Below, piece by piece: positions 36,382 through 47,694 of a stretch of DNA of 64,000 nucleotides; position 1 is the first letter of the stretch, and the number at the start of each line of letters is the position of its first letter. The stretch is from Ramazzottius varieornatus. Taxonomy: Eukaryota; Animalia; Tardigrada. The notes under the pieces were generated by a model that was not told the origin of the DNA, searched no databases, and saw only the letters and a list, made by a program, of their open reading frames with translations. Location: NCBI GenBank assembly GCA_001949185.1, contig BDGG01000018.1:558001-622000 (forward strand), in the 5' to 3' direction. Position numbers and translations under genes: made by a program.

Positions 36382-38796
36382 CAGGGCATTAACGCCAGTC
36401 TGTCCACTCTGATCCTCAAACCAATAAGATAGCATGATAGAGCAGAGTTTGCTCCACAAACTGAGATAAACTAAATCGGCGAAATAAAATCCTGCAAAAC
36501 GCCACAGGAAGCGGAAGTGACGTCAAATTCTTACATCGACATGACATGACCAACTATACTAGCACAGTCTAAAATTTCACAGAACTCATAGAAGATAAAT
36601 TTTACAGAGGTGATACTGATCGTAGAAGTGATGGAAGCAGAGAGGAGCTTTGCACCAGCCGCACTTAAGCAAAAGCCGGTCGTCGCAGTTTTCATGGTCG
36701 GAATGACCAGTCAACTTCTTGAGGAAAGAGAATTCGGTAGGATTTACATAGTCAAAGGACTCGTCAGTATAGCCGCACAGATGCCAGGCCTGGTTCACTA
36801 GGTCTCCATACCGGGGAGACTGAAACTGTTGGTAAACCAAAGAATGCATCTTGAGGATTACGTCTCGATGATGAACTTGAAGTGGAAGGCTGTGCAAAAT
36901 GATGAAACTGGAGATCTTCCGGAAGAAGTCTTTATACATTCGGAAGAAGAGTCTGTCCAGTGGTTGGATATCACCAGTCACTTTCGGAGGAATCGTGATC
37001 ATTTCGTATTCCAGTTCTTCAGGCTTGAATTCCAAAACAGCTTCCTGGTCAGAATAGGTTCTCCACGAATCGGCTAGCAGAATGCAGCGATCTTGCACAT
37101 GAGAAAACAATATCTTTTCACACCATTCCAAGTAGAGCTTCTTTGTCATCTTGCCCGAAGCCGAAGCAGTGACATACAGGTTGTCAGCTTTAAACATTGT
37201 CCTTGCCACAATAGAACCGAAAACGCTTTTGTCCTCCTGTAGAGTGATCCACAGTTGTGGGAGAAACTTGCGCGTGCCGGGCGAAATGGTCATTATAACC
37301 GTGTAGCTATGCGTCATGGAGTTCTCCGACTGACAGATCGCAAGAATATGTTTTGCGCCGGCCAGATGCAGTGTGCGCCTTGGTCTCATCTCGTAATCGA
37401 ACCCAGACTGATCCGTGTTCCACATACCGTCCAAGCCGTAATCTGAGATCCTCGATCTGACAAGGGCGACACACTCCTCCGCAGTTTTCTTTACTTGCGG
37501 GGCTTCTTGAATGTACTTGTCGGTCACGAACTTGGTGATCTTCCGATCGACGATGCCGTGATACCTACAATATCGACCCCGTTAGTGTGGCGCAGTAACT
37601 CGTGAGCAGAATTCTCGGTTGAAGTGATCTGCGTAAGCAATGATACATATTTCATTTTAATACTTCAATGTGTTTACCTCTTCAACTTTCCCACCCAGTC
37701 CGGAGACGCCGTGAAACCTACCAGGCCAATGGTTCGGTTCGCAGTAACAGCCCAACGTCGAATATCCATATCCTTCACAATATGAGGCTTCTGTTTGGCC
37801 AGAAAGAACTGCTTGCCAGTCTCCAAACGCAGCGCCTTCAGCTTATTATATCTGGAACCGCCCTCAGCAACATGTCGTTCCCATTCTTGGAGTTGTCGAA
37901 TACTGGTGACTTTCTTGAACTTGGTCTGGACACACGAAAGGCTACGTCGTTTCTTCGTAGCGACATTCCTCCAGAAATCGACGGAGCGTTTCTTGTAGTC
38001 GAGGGTGACTGCGTTACTTGGCGGCTGTTTTGGGTTCGGTATTCGCGGGACATAGAATTCGTTGGACGATGGTTCCGTTCCACTGGAGAGAGGCTCGACG
38101 ACTTTATCTTCTTGGCTAGGATTTTCGTCGGGTTCAGCCAGCTGATTAGACGCAGCAACCAACTTCTCGAACTCGTCGAACGTCTGCATGTCTGTTTGCA
38201 GTTCATATTGCAGGTCTTCTTCAAATGCCAACGAAGAACTACCTGCTCGGTTGATTTTAACATCCATAAATCCTGAAACAGAAACAGAAAGGTGGAATAT
38301 CTCATATCAACGTCAGCCATAGTAAACGGCAACAGTACAATACCTTTGACGAGTTCTTTTAACTGCTTATCAGCCTCGCTCGGTTGTCCATCCAGTTGGG
38401 AGAGCTGCTTGTAGTCCTCCTCCAGAAGCTTCAACACATTCATCGGATTAACGGAATCCATTTCGGGCGACAGTGGAAATCACGCAGCAACGGAACGATG
38501 AATGTAAGAGCAATGAAGCAACAGGCACAGCAAAACTGATTGCGCTTGGTTTAGCGTAGAGTACAAGAGCAACTGGTTCAATTAATATCAAATCAACCAT
38601 CAGGCAATCAAATCAGTTGATTTGCTGTCACACTGGTGATCCGCCCTGAATTTGACGTCACTTCCGCTTCCTGTGGCGTCTTCCTGGATTTTATTTCGCC
38701 GATTTAGTTTATCTCAGTTTGTGGAACAAACTCTGCTCTATCATGCTGTCATATTGGTTTGAGGATCAGAGTGGACAGACTGGCGTTAATCCCTTG
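36382..38796 (-). mobile_element. Complete Tc4/Tc5-like (pogo superfamily) DNA transposon, 2415 bp
   Basis: 149-bp TIRs at 36382-36530 and 38648-38796; flanks C-TGA | TAA-G (CTNAG-type site). Confidence 0.93.
36586..38461 (-). CDS. DD37D transposase, 3 exons (38461-38344, 38272-37678, 37564-36586), 563 aa
   Basis: Splicing keeps the frame. There is a CENP-B/Tc5 HTH-like region (FTASPDWVGKLKR) and the triad WNTDQSG / LADSW / QPLD with 37 residues between D2 and D3. The C-terminus is Cys/His-rich. Confidence 0.9.
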
Positions 38797-39258
38797 TAAG
38801 AAGTACCACTCTGAGTTGGTGGCGATGCCACATAACGTGAGGTTCAGCACTTTAATTTCTGTCCGGACGTCCTTACAAAGTCCTGCATGACCGTCTGGTG
38901 TTGCTCTAGGAAGGGATCTGGGCAGCGGCTCAGAAATTTCTCTGTACGAGAGTGCTCCCCTCCCTGTTGTGATCCCGACCTTAGCTAAATCACCAATCAG
39001 CTCCGCCCAGTGATTTGTTGCCATATAAGACCTCCATTCCGGGGCACCGCCCCTGTCTTGGGGGCTTGGAGGGATTTGGGGCAGATACACCGCTGAATTG
39101 GGGATGCTAACCGACGAAATTCAGTCTCGCAGTCGCAGACAGCCAAATTTTCTTGATAACCTAGGCGCAGCCCAACCTTACGTATAACTGTCCGCCACCT
39201 ACATTGTGAGCAGGATACACGACTGCCGGCAGTGCTCAGTCCAGTTCCGTAGATCTCT

Positions 39259-40803
39259 ATGTGGAAACCACTGCAGAATACAAAGTCTGTGACTTTGGTT
39301 CAAGGATGTCTCTTCGCGATTACGGCTTTTATCATTCTGATGACCGTCGTGGCCTACCATTCATACCTGGTGTACCGAGTACGGATTTCCGGCCCTCGCA
39401 CTACGCCGCCCGAGGCCGTCCTCAGCGACTTCAGTGTCCCACCGTGCTTATTCGGAGATTTGCCCTCTGCACGACAACAACCAGTCCTAAGAGTGGTGGT
39501 GGTGGTCTACTTCTCCATTCCACAGAAGAGTACGTATCTCGATCAGCTCAAGTGGTGTATGCGCAGCTTACTGGAAATGGCCGAGACCGAACCGCCCTTA
39601 TGGCGCACCGACCTGATCATTTATATGGAGAATGTCACCCTGCCGCAAGTTTTGGACCTCGGCTGTAGCACGGCTCCTCGACGAAATGCCTTTCAAGTGT
39701 ATCCTGGTACAGTATGCGCGGGTTCAAAACCGGAAGCTGGAGACGGAATTTCGCGACAGTATTCGATTGATTCCAGTACACAGAATGGGAGCTCGGCTAA
39801 TCAATTGATTATGGTCGTTCTCCCAGTGGTGCACCCAGCCAGCCAATAACATTGGAAACGTGCGCCACTTGGGAAAACAAGCAGACTCGACTAAATCATT
39901 TTCCCAAGTGGCGCACGCCATCGGCCAATAACAATGAGAACGTGCGCCTTATGAGACATCGATCTTACGATCAGGCGCAATTCGGTGACCGAAGTCCTAA
40001 TTTGAGACGGGTTTTGTTCTTTTCCAGAATACGAGCGAAATCTTCAGGAGCAAATGAAAGAATACCCATACCTCGACTCGATTTATCCCCTAGTGGAGCA
40101 CTCGTCCAGCTATTCCAAGTACGACTTTGTGGTACGTTCTGACCTGGACGTCTTCTTCACTCCGGCTTTCGCTGGGTGGATTCCACCCAACTGCGCATTT
40201 GTAACGGGGAACGGAGGCTACAGCGACACCTTCAACATGGAGAAGCTGGCGCATGTGGCCAGCTACAGCGGTATCCACTTCAACGCTTCAGTGCGCAACG
40301 TTGGCTCCACATGGATCGGCACACCGCAGTTGGTGGCCAAGGTGGCTGAACGGACAGTTCACTGGATGGTACACCTGAGCAGGATCGAGTTCTCGCCCAA
40401 GCAGCGCACCATAGCCTGGTGGGGTGGCGCTCCCTTGTGGATGGAATGGCATTATGGTGTTCTGTCGATGTACGGAGGTCACTTGGCTGTCAATGAGGTC
40501 CTCGAATCAGGTAAACGACATCCGTATCTCAAATTGGACCTCGATCATCCCACTACCTCATCGGCGAGTTGTACGGTTGATGGACCTTTACATCTTCATA
40601 CCTACCAGTCTAACGTCTACTTTAGCAAGTCTGAGTTTAATAACCGCAAGTATGTTGGCGCCAGTGCTCTTCCTGCTTTCTTGAATAGCACTAGATGTGA
40701 TTACGCTGCCTATCTAGCTGCCGATTCGTTGGTTATGACTTCTGTGGGATTGGCCGAGAGGTTACGTTCCGCGAAGTTAACCACCCTGCAGAAAAGAGTT
40801 TAA
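39259..40803 (+). CDS. Type II membrane protein, DUF7164-like (putative glycosyltransferase-like), 2 exons
   Basis: N-terminal TM, EPPLWRTDLIIY, YPYLDSI, YDFVVRSDLDVF (DxD), NVGSTW, WHYGVLSMYGGHLAVN. The family assignment is from recall. Confidence 0.7.
39787..39997. repeat. GGCGCA-N27 palindromic element, 2 units (intron)
   Basis: GGGAGCTCGGC end; both spacers contain GCCAATAACA. Confidence 0.88.
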
Positions 40804-41899
40804 GTGCCAGTATAAAAGATGTGCTTTATCGAAAGTAAACTTTCCCAAGAGTCTTCCTACTTCTGCATCGTCCGGGCTCTGGATTCACACGGCTGCAAGT
40901 CAGACCATCGTACATGGGCCAAGGCCAATGCAAACTCTGCAGAAACAGTCCGTGTCCGTATCGTTGACCCTGACAGAAAGATGGTATTTCGGACTTTGTC
41001 CTTCTTCGGTCTGTTGAACATGAATTCGAATTTCGTTAAGAATGGGGTTGCTTTCAGCGTTTTTACTGTGGGAAAGGCTCGCCTTTTTGTGCGATCAGAG
41101 ACCAAAGCCAAGAGAATGTACAAAGATTCTTGGTTCTACACTGTAGAGCTTGCATCATGAGACTAGTTGGTACGGTGGAGCTGCATAACAAAAGTACAAG
41201 ATACCTTGGCGTTGAATGAAATTATGACATGCGCCTCTCGCTTGGAAACGTTGAAGGCTGCATTGGTAGCGAACAGAAAACGAAGCCCACAGCAGCCATC
41301 GAGGAAAAGACTACGCGCATAAGACATCCATCTTATCCAGCCACCCATACCACAAACCAGCAGATGGCAAAGCAGACAAGAGCCACTTTTACTACCATAG
41401 ACCAGTCAAGGCGTTGACCTTCTCAGCCGAACAAACCTGCGGCGAATAGGGATAGGAACTGTGGAGGCACATAAGCACCACGCTGGCGGTTTGGCCGATT
41501 GACACTGACCATTCGACAGACTACATCAATGACGAGCACACTCCAAGCAACTCACGATTGCGGACACTGGACAGTGGGCAGCTTACGCCTTACGGTTTCG
41601 GTGTAAGCAGAGCAGATACATCAATCAATTGCACCTTCTTGATCCCATGTAATTACCTCGTGTTTTCGCAATTTCCCTTCTGGCTAAATATGTCGTTCAG
41701 GCATAGGACCGCCCCTGATGGACACGGCCTTGATACTTGTTGTTTAACAAGGTCGTGCCGACCTGGGGCGCTTCTTCATGCCTGGCATTTGACTTTTTCG
41801 TTACTTAAATTGATGTCAGAGTCAGATGGATTGTGATGGACAACTTTGAATGGCTCCTGAAGTTTGCTATATCGTTCGATTCTGACGTTGAAAAGTTAT

Positions 41900-43842
41900 C
41901 CAAGAGAGAATGCTGCAGCCTGCAGAAGTCTGCTACGCGTGAGGGTGGAGACCAGACTTCGAGCCATGTTGCACAAGCCAGACTGGACTGCGCCACTGCA
42001 CCATAGCGACCCAACTCTGCCACCTCACCGTCCTCGCCGCTCGCAGCACAAGACTAAAGCACCCTTACTGGCGCAGAAGCCCATTCCCAAAGTCAAAAAA
42101 AGTGATTGAGATAGCCCCGACAGAGTTCAAAGCCTTGATGCGGTACTGTTTCCCCACAAAAGACTACCTGTCGTACGAGAAGCTGGCGTCAGTGCTCGAT
42201 CCCAGTCCCACTTCCGCACCTTCCCTCTGGAGGAGAGTCTTTGACCGACAAGCTGTGCTGGCTGTCTTCTACCAGCTGGACTATGCTGCCGATGTCCCGC
42301 GAGTGTCGAAATGCATACGCATTCGCAAGGAGAGGAACTCCAGCCTGCAGTATGTCTTGGTTCCCACCGTCTATCTACACGGGCAAGAACTGTCCGACTC
42401 GCATGTGTCGGCTATTCTCGGCTCCGCCGTACTTCGCAAGCCGGAAGATGTAACCAGGCTGCTAGAAAGCCTGGATACAGCGGGTATGGAGGAGGAAGAT
42501 GGGCTAAAATTCTGTTAATAGGCAATTCTGATGAAATCTTTAAAATTATCTCGTCCTGTGTTTCTTTAACGGAACCCAGCAGTCTCTTCGCACTGCAATC
42601 GCAATTCACCGCCACTCCTACCCGCACTCTGCAGCCAAAGCCTAATATCTCCTTCCTTCCGGTGGTGTCCAGCCACCGAAAGGTGGAAGCCTACCAGCTT
42701 CAAATGAACAAAGTTGTTTCTTTGCTTTAGCCATCCTTGAGAAGGACAAACCAAAGCAGCATAAGACCCGACGGAAACGACGTGATATGCCGGTCAGAGG
42801 TCCTTCGCCTCCTGGCCAGATTATAAGCACAGCCTTTGATGGCGGCTCGGGTATCGATGCATCCCTTTCAGCAAAATTGACGGTCAACTTCACGAATTTC
42901 TGACTGAATAAATTGGGCTTGTCCTTACGGATAAAATGTTTGGTCTCTATGGGTTCCTGAAGCAGCCAAGCGGTCCAGTTCCTCCTGAATGCATTGAGCT
43001 TCACAACACAACCGCACCGTGGAACTTCTCGGTTCCTGGTGAGGGCAAAGTAGTCTTACATGAGCTGTACCCTCAGGTTCTCATTGAGGAACAGGCCATG
43101 CTCACTCTTCAGGTACGAACGTGTCGACATAACGGCTTCACAATATGGCGAGTCGGACGATGAATTCACCCACATCAACACTGAAGACGTGCGCCGCTTG
43201 GGAAAATAATCAAACTCGATCAGATCGCTTTCCCAAGTGGCGTACACTCCCAGCCATTGACACTGAAAAGGTGCGCCACTTGTGGTGACAATCTGGCAGA
43301 AATCATCTGCCGACGTCCCGTTTGATCCTATGATTTCTTTTATGGTCTACTGAAATCGAGCCGTATTATTTTTAGCGACAGTCTAGCATGTACAAATGGT
43401 TCATATTCATCCAGCTCCTCGGCGGCGAACGAGGTCTCTTCCGGTTGAGTTCTATATGGGTCAACGACAAGAGCGGCCAAATGATGGAGGTTCTGGGCAA
43501 GAACGCCATCTTTGCTCTCGATCGTAAGTAATGTACACATCGTGATTATTCCTGAGAAAGGGAGTTCCGGAAGGAGAGACAACACAGTTATTCCTGAGAC
43601 TTTCGGTAAAATTAAACTGTATACTCAGAGTTTTATTTCTGTTGGTAGAGCATGTAGTGGATGTAGTCAAGGCTGGAATCTTGGCGTTAGCCAAGAGCGT
43701 GCCCGGACGAAATGTATCGACGAAAAACTTTCTTTCGACCAGATTTTCTTCTTGGCGTGGGGCAAATGCCGAAGCCATCCGTGCGGAAGGTGCTTTGCCC
43801 AAGAAAGGACTGAAACGGAGCCTGACTAATGATTCGAAGTAG
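41900..43842 (+). CDS. Hypothetical multi-exon gene(s), unknown function
   Basis: Spliceable ORFs at 42102-42518, 42936-43111, about 43382-43523 and about 43649-43842, with an intron-type repeat between exons. No recognised family. Confidence 0.4.
43147..43320. repeat. GGCGCA-N27 palindromic element, about 2 units (intron)
   Basis: CAAGTGGCGTAC..CAGCCATTGACAC..GTGCGCCACTTG; CTGCCGACGTCCC end. Confidence 0.82.
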
Positions 43843-44618
43843 TTCTGAATATTCACGCTTCCTTACGTCTTTTGAACCACGGTTGCAGCGTGGTGAAGAC
43901 AATCATTACAATACAGTACAGTATCATCGTCAGACTTGTACTCATTGGACTCTGAGTAGTCATTGGTCAGTCATATAATTATGTGATTCGGGACTCAGGG
44001 CTGCGACATCATAATACAAAAGAAAAGCGGTATTCCGAAAACTATCAAGCTGATGTCTATTATGTCGAAATACATGGGGAGGTGATCGGAAGAGTAAGCT
44101 TGAGGGAGATACCATGCAAAAGCAGCAGGAACACTGAAGAAAACAATAGCGCACACAAGGAACGTCGTCACCCTTCGTCCTTCGCTGACTCCAGCACCTC
44201 TGCTGGAAGATAAATCGTGTCCTTGTTAGAAGCAAGGCCAGTCGAAGTTGTCGAACCCAGGCCGATCGATGTCGATTTCGACATTTCGAACGGATCGGAA
44301 ACAAAACGGATTTCTTAGCACTGTTTGAAACGAAAGGATTGTTAATATTAGAGAGAAACTTCATTGGAGTTTATGGGGTCAGAATCCGATATACTGTATA
44401 CATGAAAGCCACAGTATCACTACGGTATGTTAACTGTGTATAAAAATCAATCGATACTGTCTACGAGAGAGGATGATCAAGAGAGGCCAGAGCACCATGC
44501 AGAAAAGTAGCACAGTACCGCTTTATACTGGTATTACACGTCTACTGAATTTTTAACGTCGTGTCCCAATCAGAAAATGCGAACTGGTATGTTGGGATTT
44601 GATAAAGAAATCCTTGGT

Positions 44619-46044
44619 TTACGGAAATTGGGTAGGTCTGGAGCTCCGACTCCTAACCTCCGTGATGATGAAACTGGACGCTTGCGAAGGCCGGCTTCCA
44701 TCATCTCCCCTCACCAATCGGCTACTCAACGGGGAGCTGGAGCCATCTGCCGTCACCGCCAAATCCGAAGCTCGTAGTTGGTCCAAAGGTACTCCCCTCA
44801 ACCGCGAAGGAGCTTCGCATACCGGGCAGGTTCCCGACTTTTCCTTATCACCAGTTCTTCCCACCACCCTACACACTTGTTGCACACCTGCTGAGGTCTT
44901 TACCCAGTCCACCAATGGCTGGAGACCTTCATCGCATTGTAATGGGTTGCCGTATAGAGTAACGTCTTCCAACGCGGTATCGCTGCGCCAAGCTAGCACG
45001 AACTCTCGGGGGATCGCTGACAGACGGTTGTTGTCCAAAAGCAGGAAGCGCAATGCGTTCAGTCGAAGCAGCCCTACATTCAGCAAGCTAGTTCGTACGG
45101 AACACAACCATACCGGTAACATTCACCAAAAACGGGACGGCGCAGATCCAGATGAATTCACCCAAGTCGTTGTTCCACGTGGCGCACGCTCTCTGTCAAT
45201 AACACTGTGCACGTGCGCCACTTGGAAAAATGATCAAAACTCGACAAGATTGTTGTTTTCAAGTAGCGCACACTGGCGGCACATAAAAACGGAAACTTGC
45301 ACCACTTGAAACAACGTTTTAGGTGGAAAGTATTTGCCACGTTCTAAATCAGGGGAAATTACCGCGAGGAAGGACGATCAACTGGTTTCCCCTCAAATCC
45401 AACCGTTCGACCCTTGTTATTCGATCGAACAGATCGTTTGGTAGTTGACGAAGATTATTGTTGCGTAAGTCCAAAACTCGAAGAAGAGCCTGACTGGTAA
45501 AAGCATCGACCGATACTTGGCTGATTTTGTTATCGGCTAATGTCAGTGACTGTAGCTTGGGCAGGAACCTCAGGCTTTGCCCGTCGATGGATGTAATTTG
45601 GTTTTGTCCTAGGTTCAGTACACCCAACTGGGGTAAATCTGCCAAGGATAAATCCGTCAAGCTCCTGATGTTGTTGCCGGTTAGGTCCAGAGTGAAGAGA
45701 CGGGAGAGTCCGCTGGCTGTACTAGCCGAAAGTCGTTCGATACCAGCATTCTTCAGAACGAGTTTGTCTAGTCGTGGCAAGTCACCAAATTCAGGCGGTA
45801 CGTCCGGTCCGTACGGCTTAGAACGAGACGGCCCTGAGATGACAATCTCAAGTACTTGGACATTGCGATCGAATCTTGTGAGGTCCAGCGGGGGACTGCG
45901 ATCCACCAGCTGGCAGCGGATTCGTTTCTGGCCATCTTGAGCAACGTCACACTGACAGGAAGTCGGACATGCCGCCTCAGTTACCCCTCGTTCCACCAGG
46001 ATGTAAGAAGCTACGATGAACAGCATCCAGGACATTCCTGCCAT
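44619..46044 (-). CDS. Second secreted/surface LRR protein (3' end uncertain)
   Basis: Signal peptide, CPTSCQC cap, LRRs, NPLQCD..CPVCEAP cap. Confidence 0.85.
45133..45340. repeat. GGCGCA-N27 palindromic element, 2 units (LRR intron)
   Basis: Cores at about 45177 and 45261. Confidence 0.85.
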
Positions 46045-47694
46045 ATCCGGACGCTATTCGCGATTTTGACAACCGCAACAAATGCAGCAAAGAATTCAAA
46101 CGTTTAAAAAGTAGAAAATTGTAGCAGAAACTAGTGCTGATTGTGCACCAGGAAGTGCTGCAGGTACGCCGCTGTTTGAAGACGGCATTAAGGCAACGTT
46201 CTAGCATTCACATTAACATCTCACTTGTATTTTATTTACTGTATTCCCTCGAAAGTTCTGCGAAACACGTGACTGTCGTGGTAAATATCATCCGGCGGGG
46301 CACAGAAAGTATCTATACCTTCAATCAAAGACTGCTCCCCAGTCAAGTGTAAAGATGGGCGACAATCAAACAATCAGCGGTACCAGTGCGGGTGCAATTT
46401 ACTGCCATGATGACGTAATTCGCAGAACTATCGACGGAATACAGTACATAACATTGTGGAACTAATCCATTACAGAAGCACGCGGAAATTTGAATTCATA
46501 CTTTGTTTATGTTTCTCATGACACGACAAGCAGAAAATTCAGTGTCTGTCTACCTGGAAAAACACCGCAGTAGCTGACGCGAAAAACATCGACTGTTGAC
46601 TGTTACGATACTGAGTGATTCCTGCGTGTTCTTGCACAGACGAGTACTGCCTTCATAAATCGGAAGGCATCCATATTTTATGGACCATTTACGTGGCTAG
46701 CTCTGTCTCTCTGACAAGTCGACAAAACGATCTAGTGTGTTCAGTCTTTTCGATCATCCACCTCAAGCCAAAGCACAGCGGCGCTCAGGACGAGAAAAAA
46801 CTTGAAAAGAAAATCATTCAAGTTGCGAAGACTCTTTCAACATGCCATTCTATCCCCGTCAATCCAGAAAGGCTGACCAGAACAATGACTATCGATACGG
46901 CTGCGAATTCCTGTTCTTTCGCCGCTTTAGCTCGCACAGAACAGTCTTATGGGTGATGACGGCGTCTTCCGTATCCCAACTGCAGGCGTGTGACTGTTAA
47001 AATTTCGGTTTTCGATTGCAAAAGAATTTGCTTTCGGGCTTCGGCTGTAACCAGATACTGTACGAGTACTTTACCATCTGGTTTGCTCTTTGACACGCAC
47101 ACAAAATCAAACCGATTGCTTGGGAAACACCGGTTACTGTGTGCAATTCTCGCCAGTTTCTCACCAGTAAACAGATGGTAACCTTGAACGTGCTTTCCCG
47201 TTAACGCTATGAGTGTTTCCCCACTAATTAAACTCAAAACGCTCGATGATGTGTGGCCTACAACAACGTAACGCTGCTAAAAACGACAAAGCTGACCTTG
47301 AAATATTCTGCAGTCGAAGATTCGACAAGAAGATGGATATTATAACCAGATTTGCGAGAACGTAAACGTGAGTATAGTTGCCACTGGACCACTGGTGGGA
47401 TACGCAAGGCAAGCTTGCGGGCAGTGGTCAAGCGAGACGTCCATGACGTCGTCCAGAGCAGTGCCTTCAGGTTCTCCATTGATTGGTACTGTAGCTCGTT
47501 GATTTACTCTGACAACAATTACACACTTTCGTATTAGAGTTTCATGACTTTCATCTCTGCTTTCATCTATCCAAATCCCATCCAACTGATATATTTTCCT
47601 CACTGTGGGTATACAAGCAGGAATATTCACCGAACAGCAGATCGAGCCAGGTGTGCATTGCTACTAACGGAGGGAATGCTTTGGGGACAGTGCA

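Noticed and set aside
36382-38796. Tc5-like transposase as the mobiliser of the GGCGCA family
   Set aside because: The termini differ (CAAGGGATTAAC vs GGGAGCTCGGC), and I could not resolve a consistent TNA or other TSD around the palindromes.
46947-47630. Minus-strand gene head-to-head with BRAP
   Set aside because: The ORF pieces lack recognisable motifs and I could not build a confident splice model.
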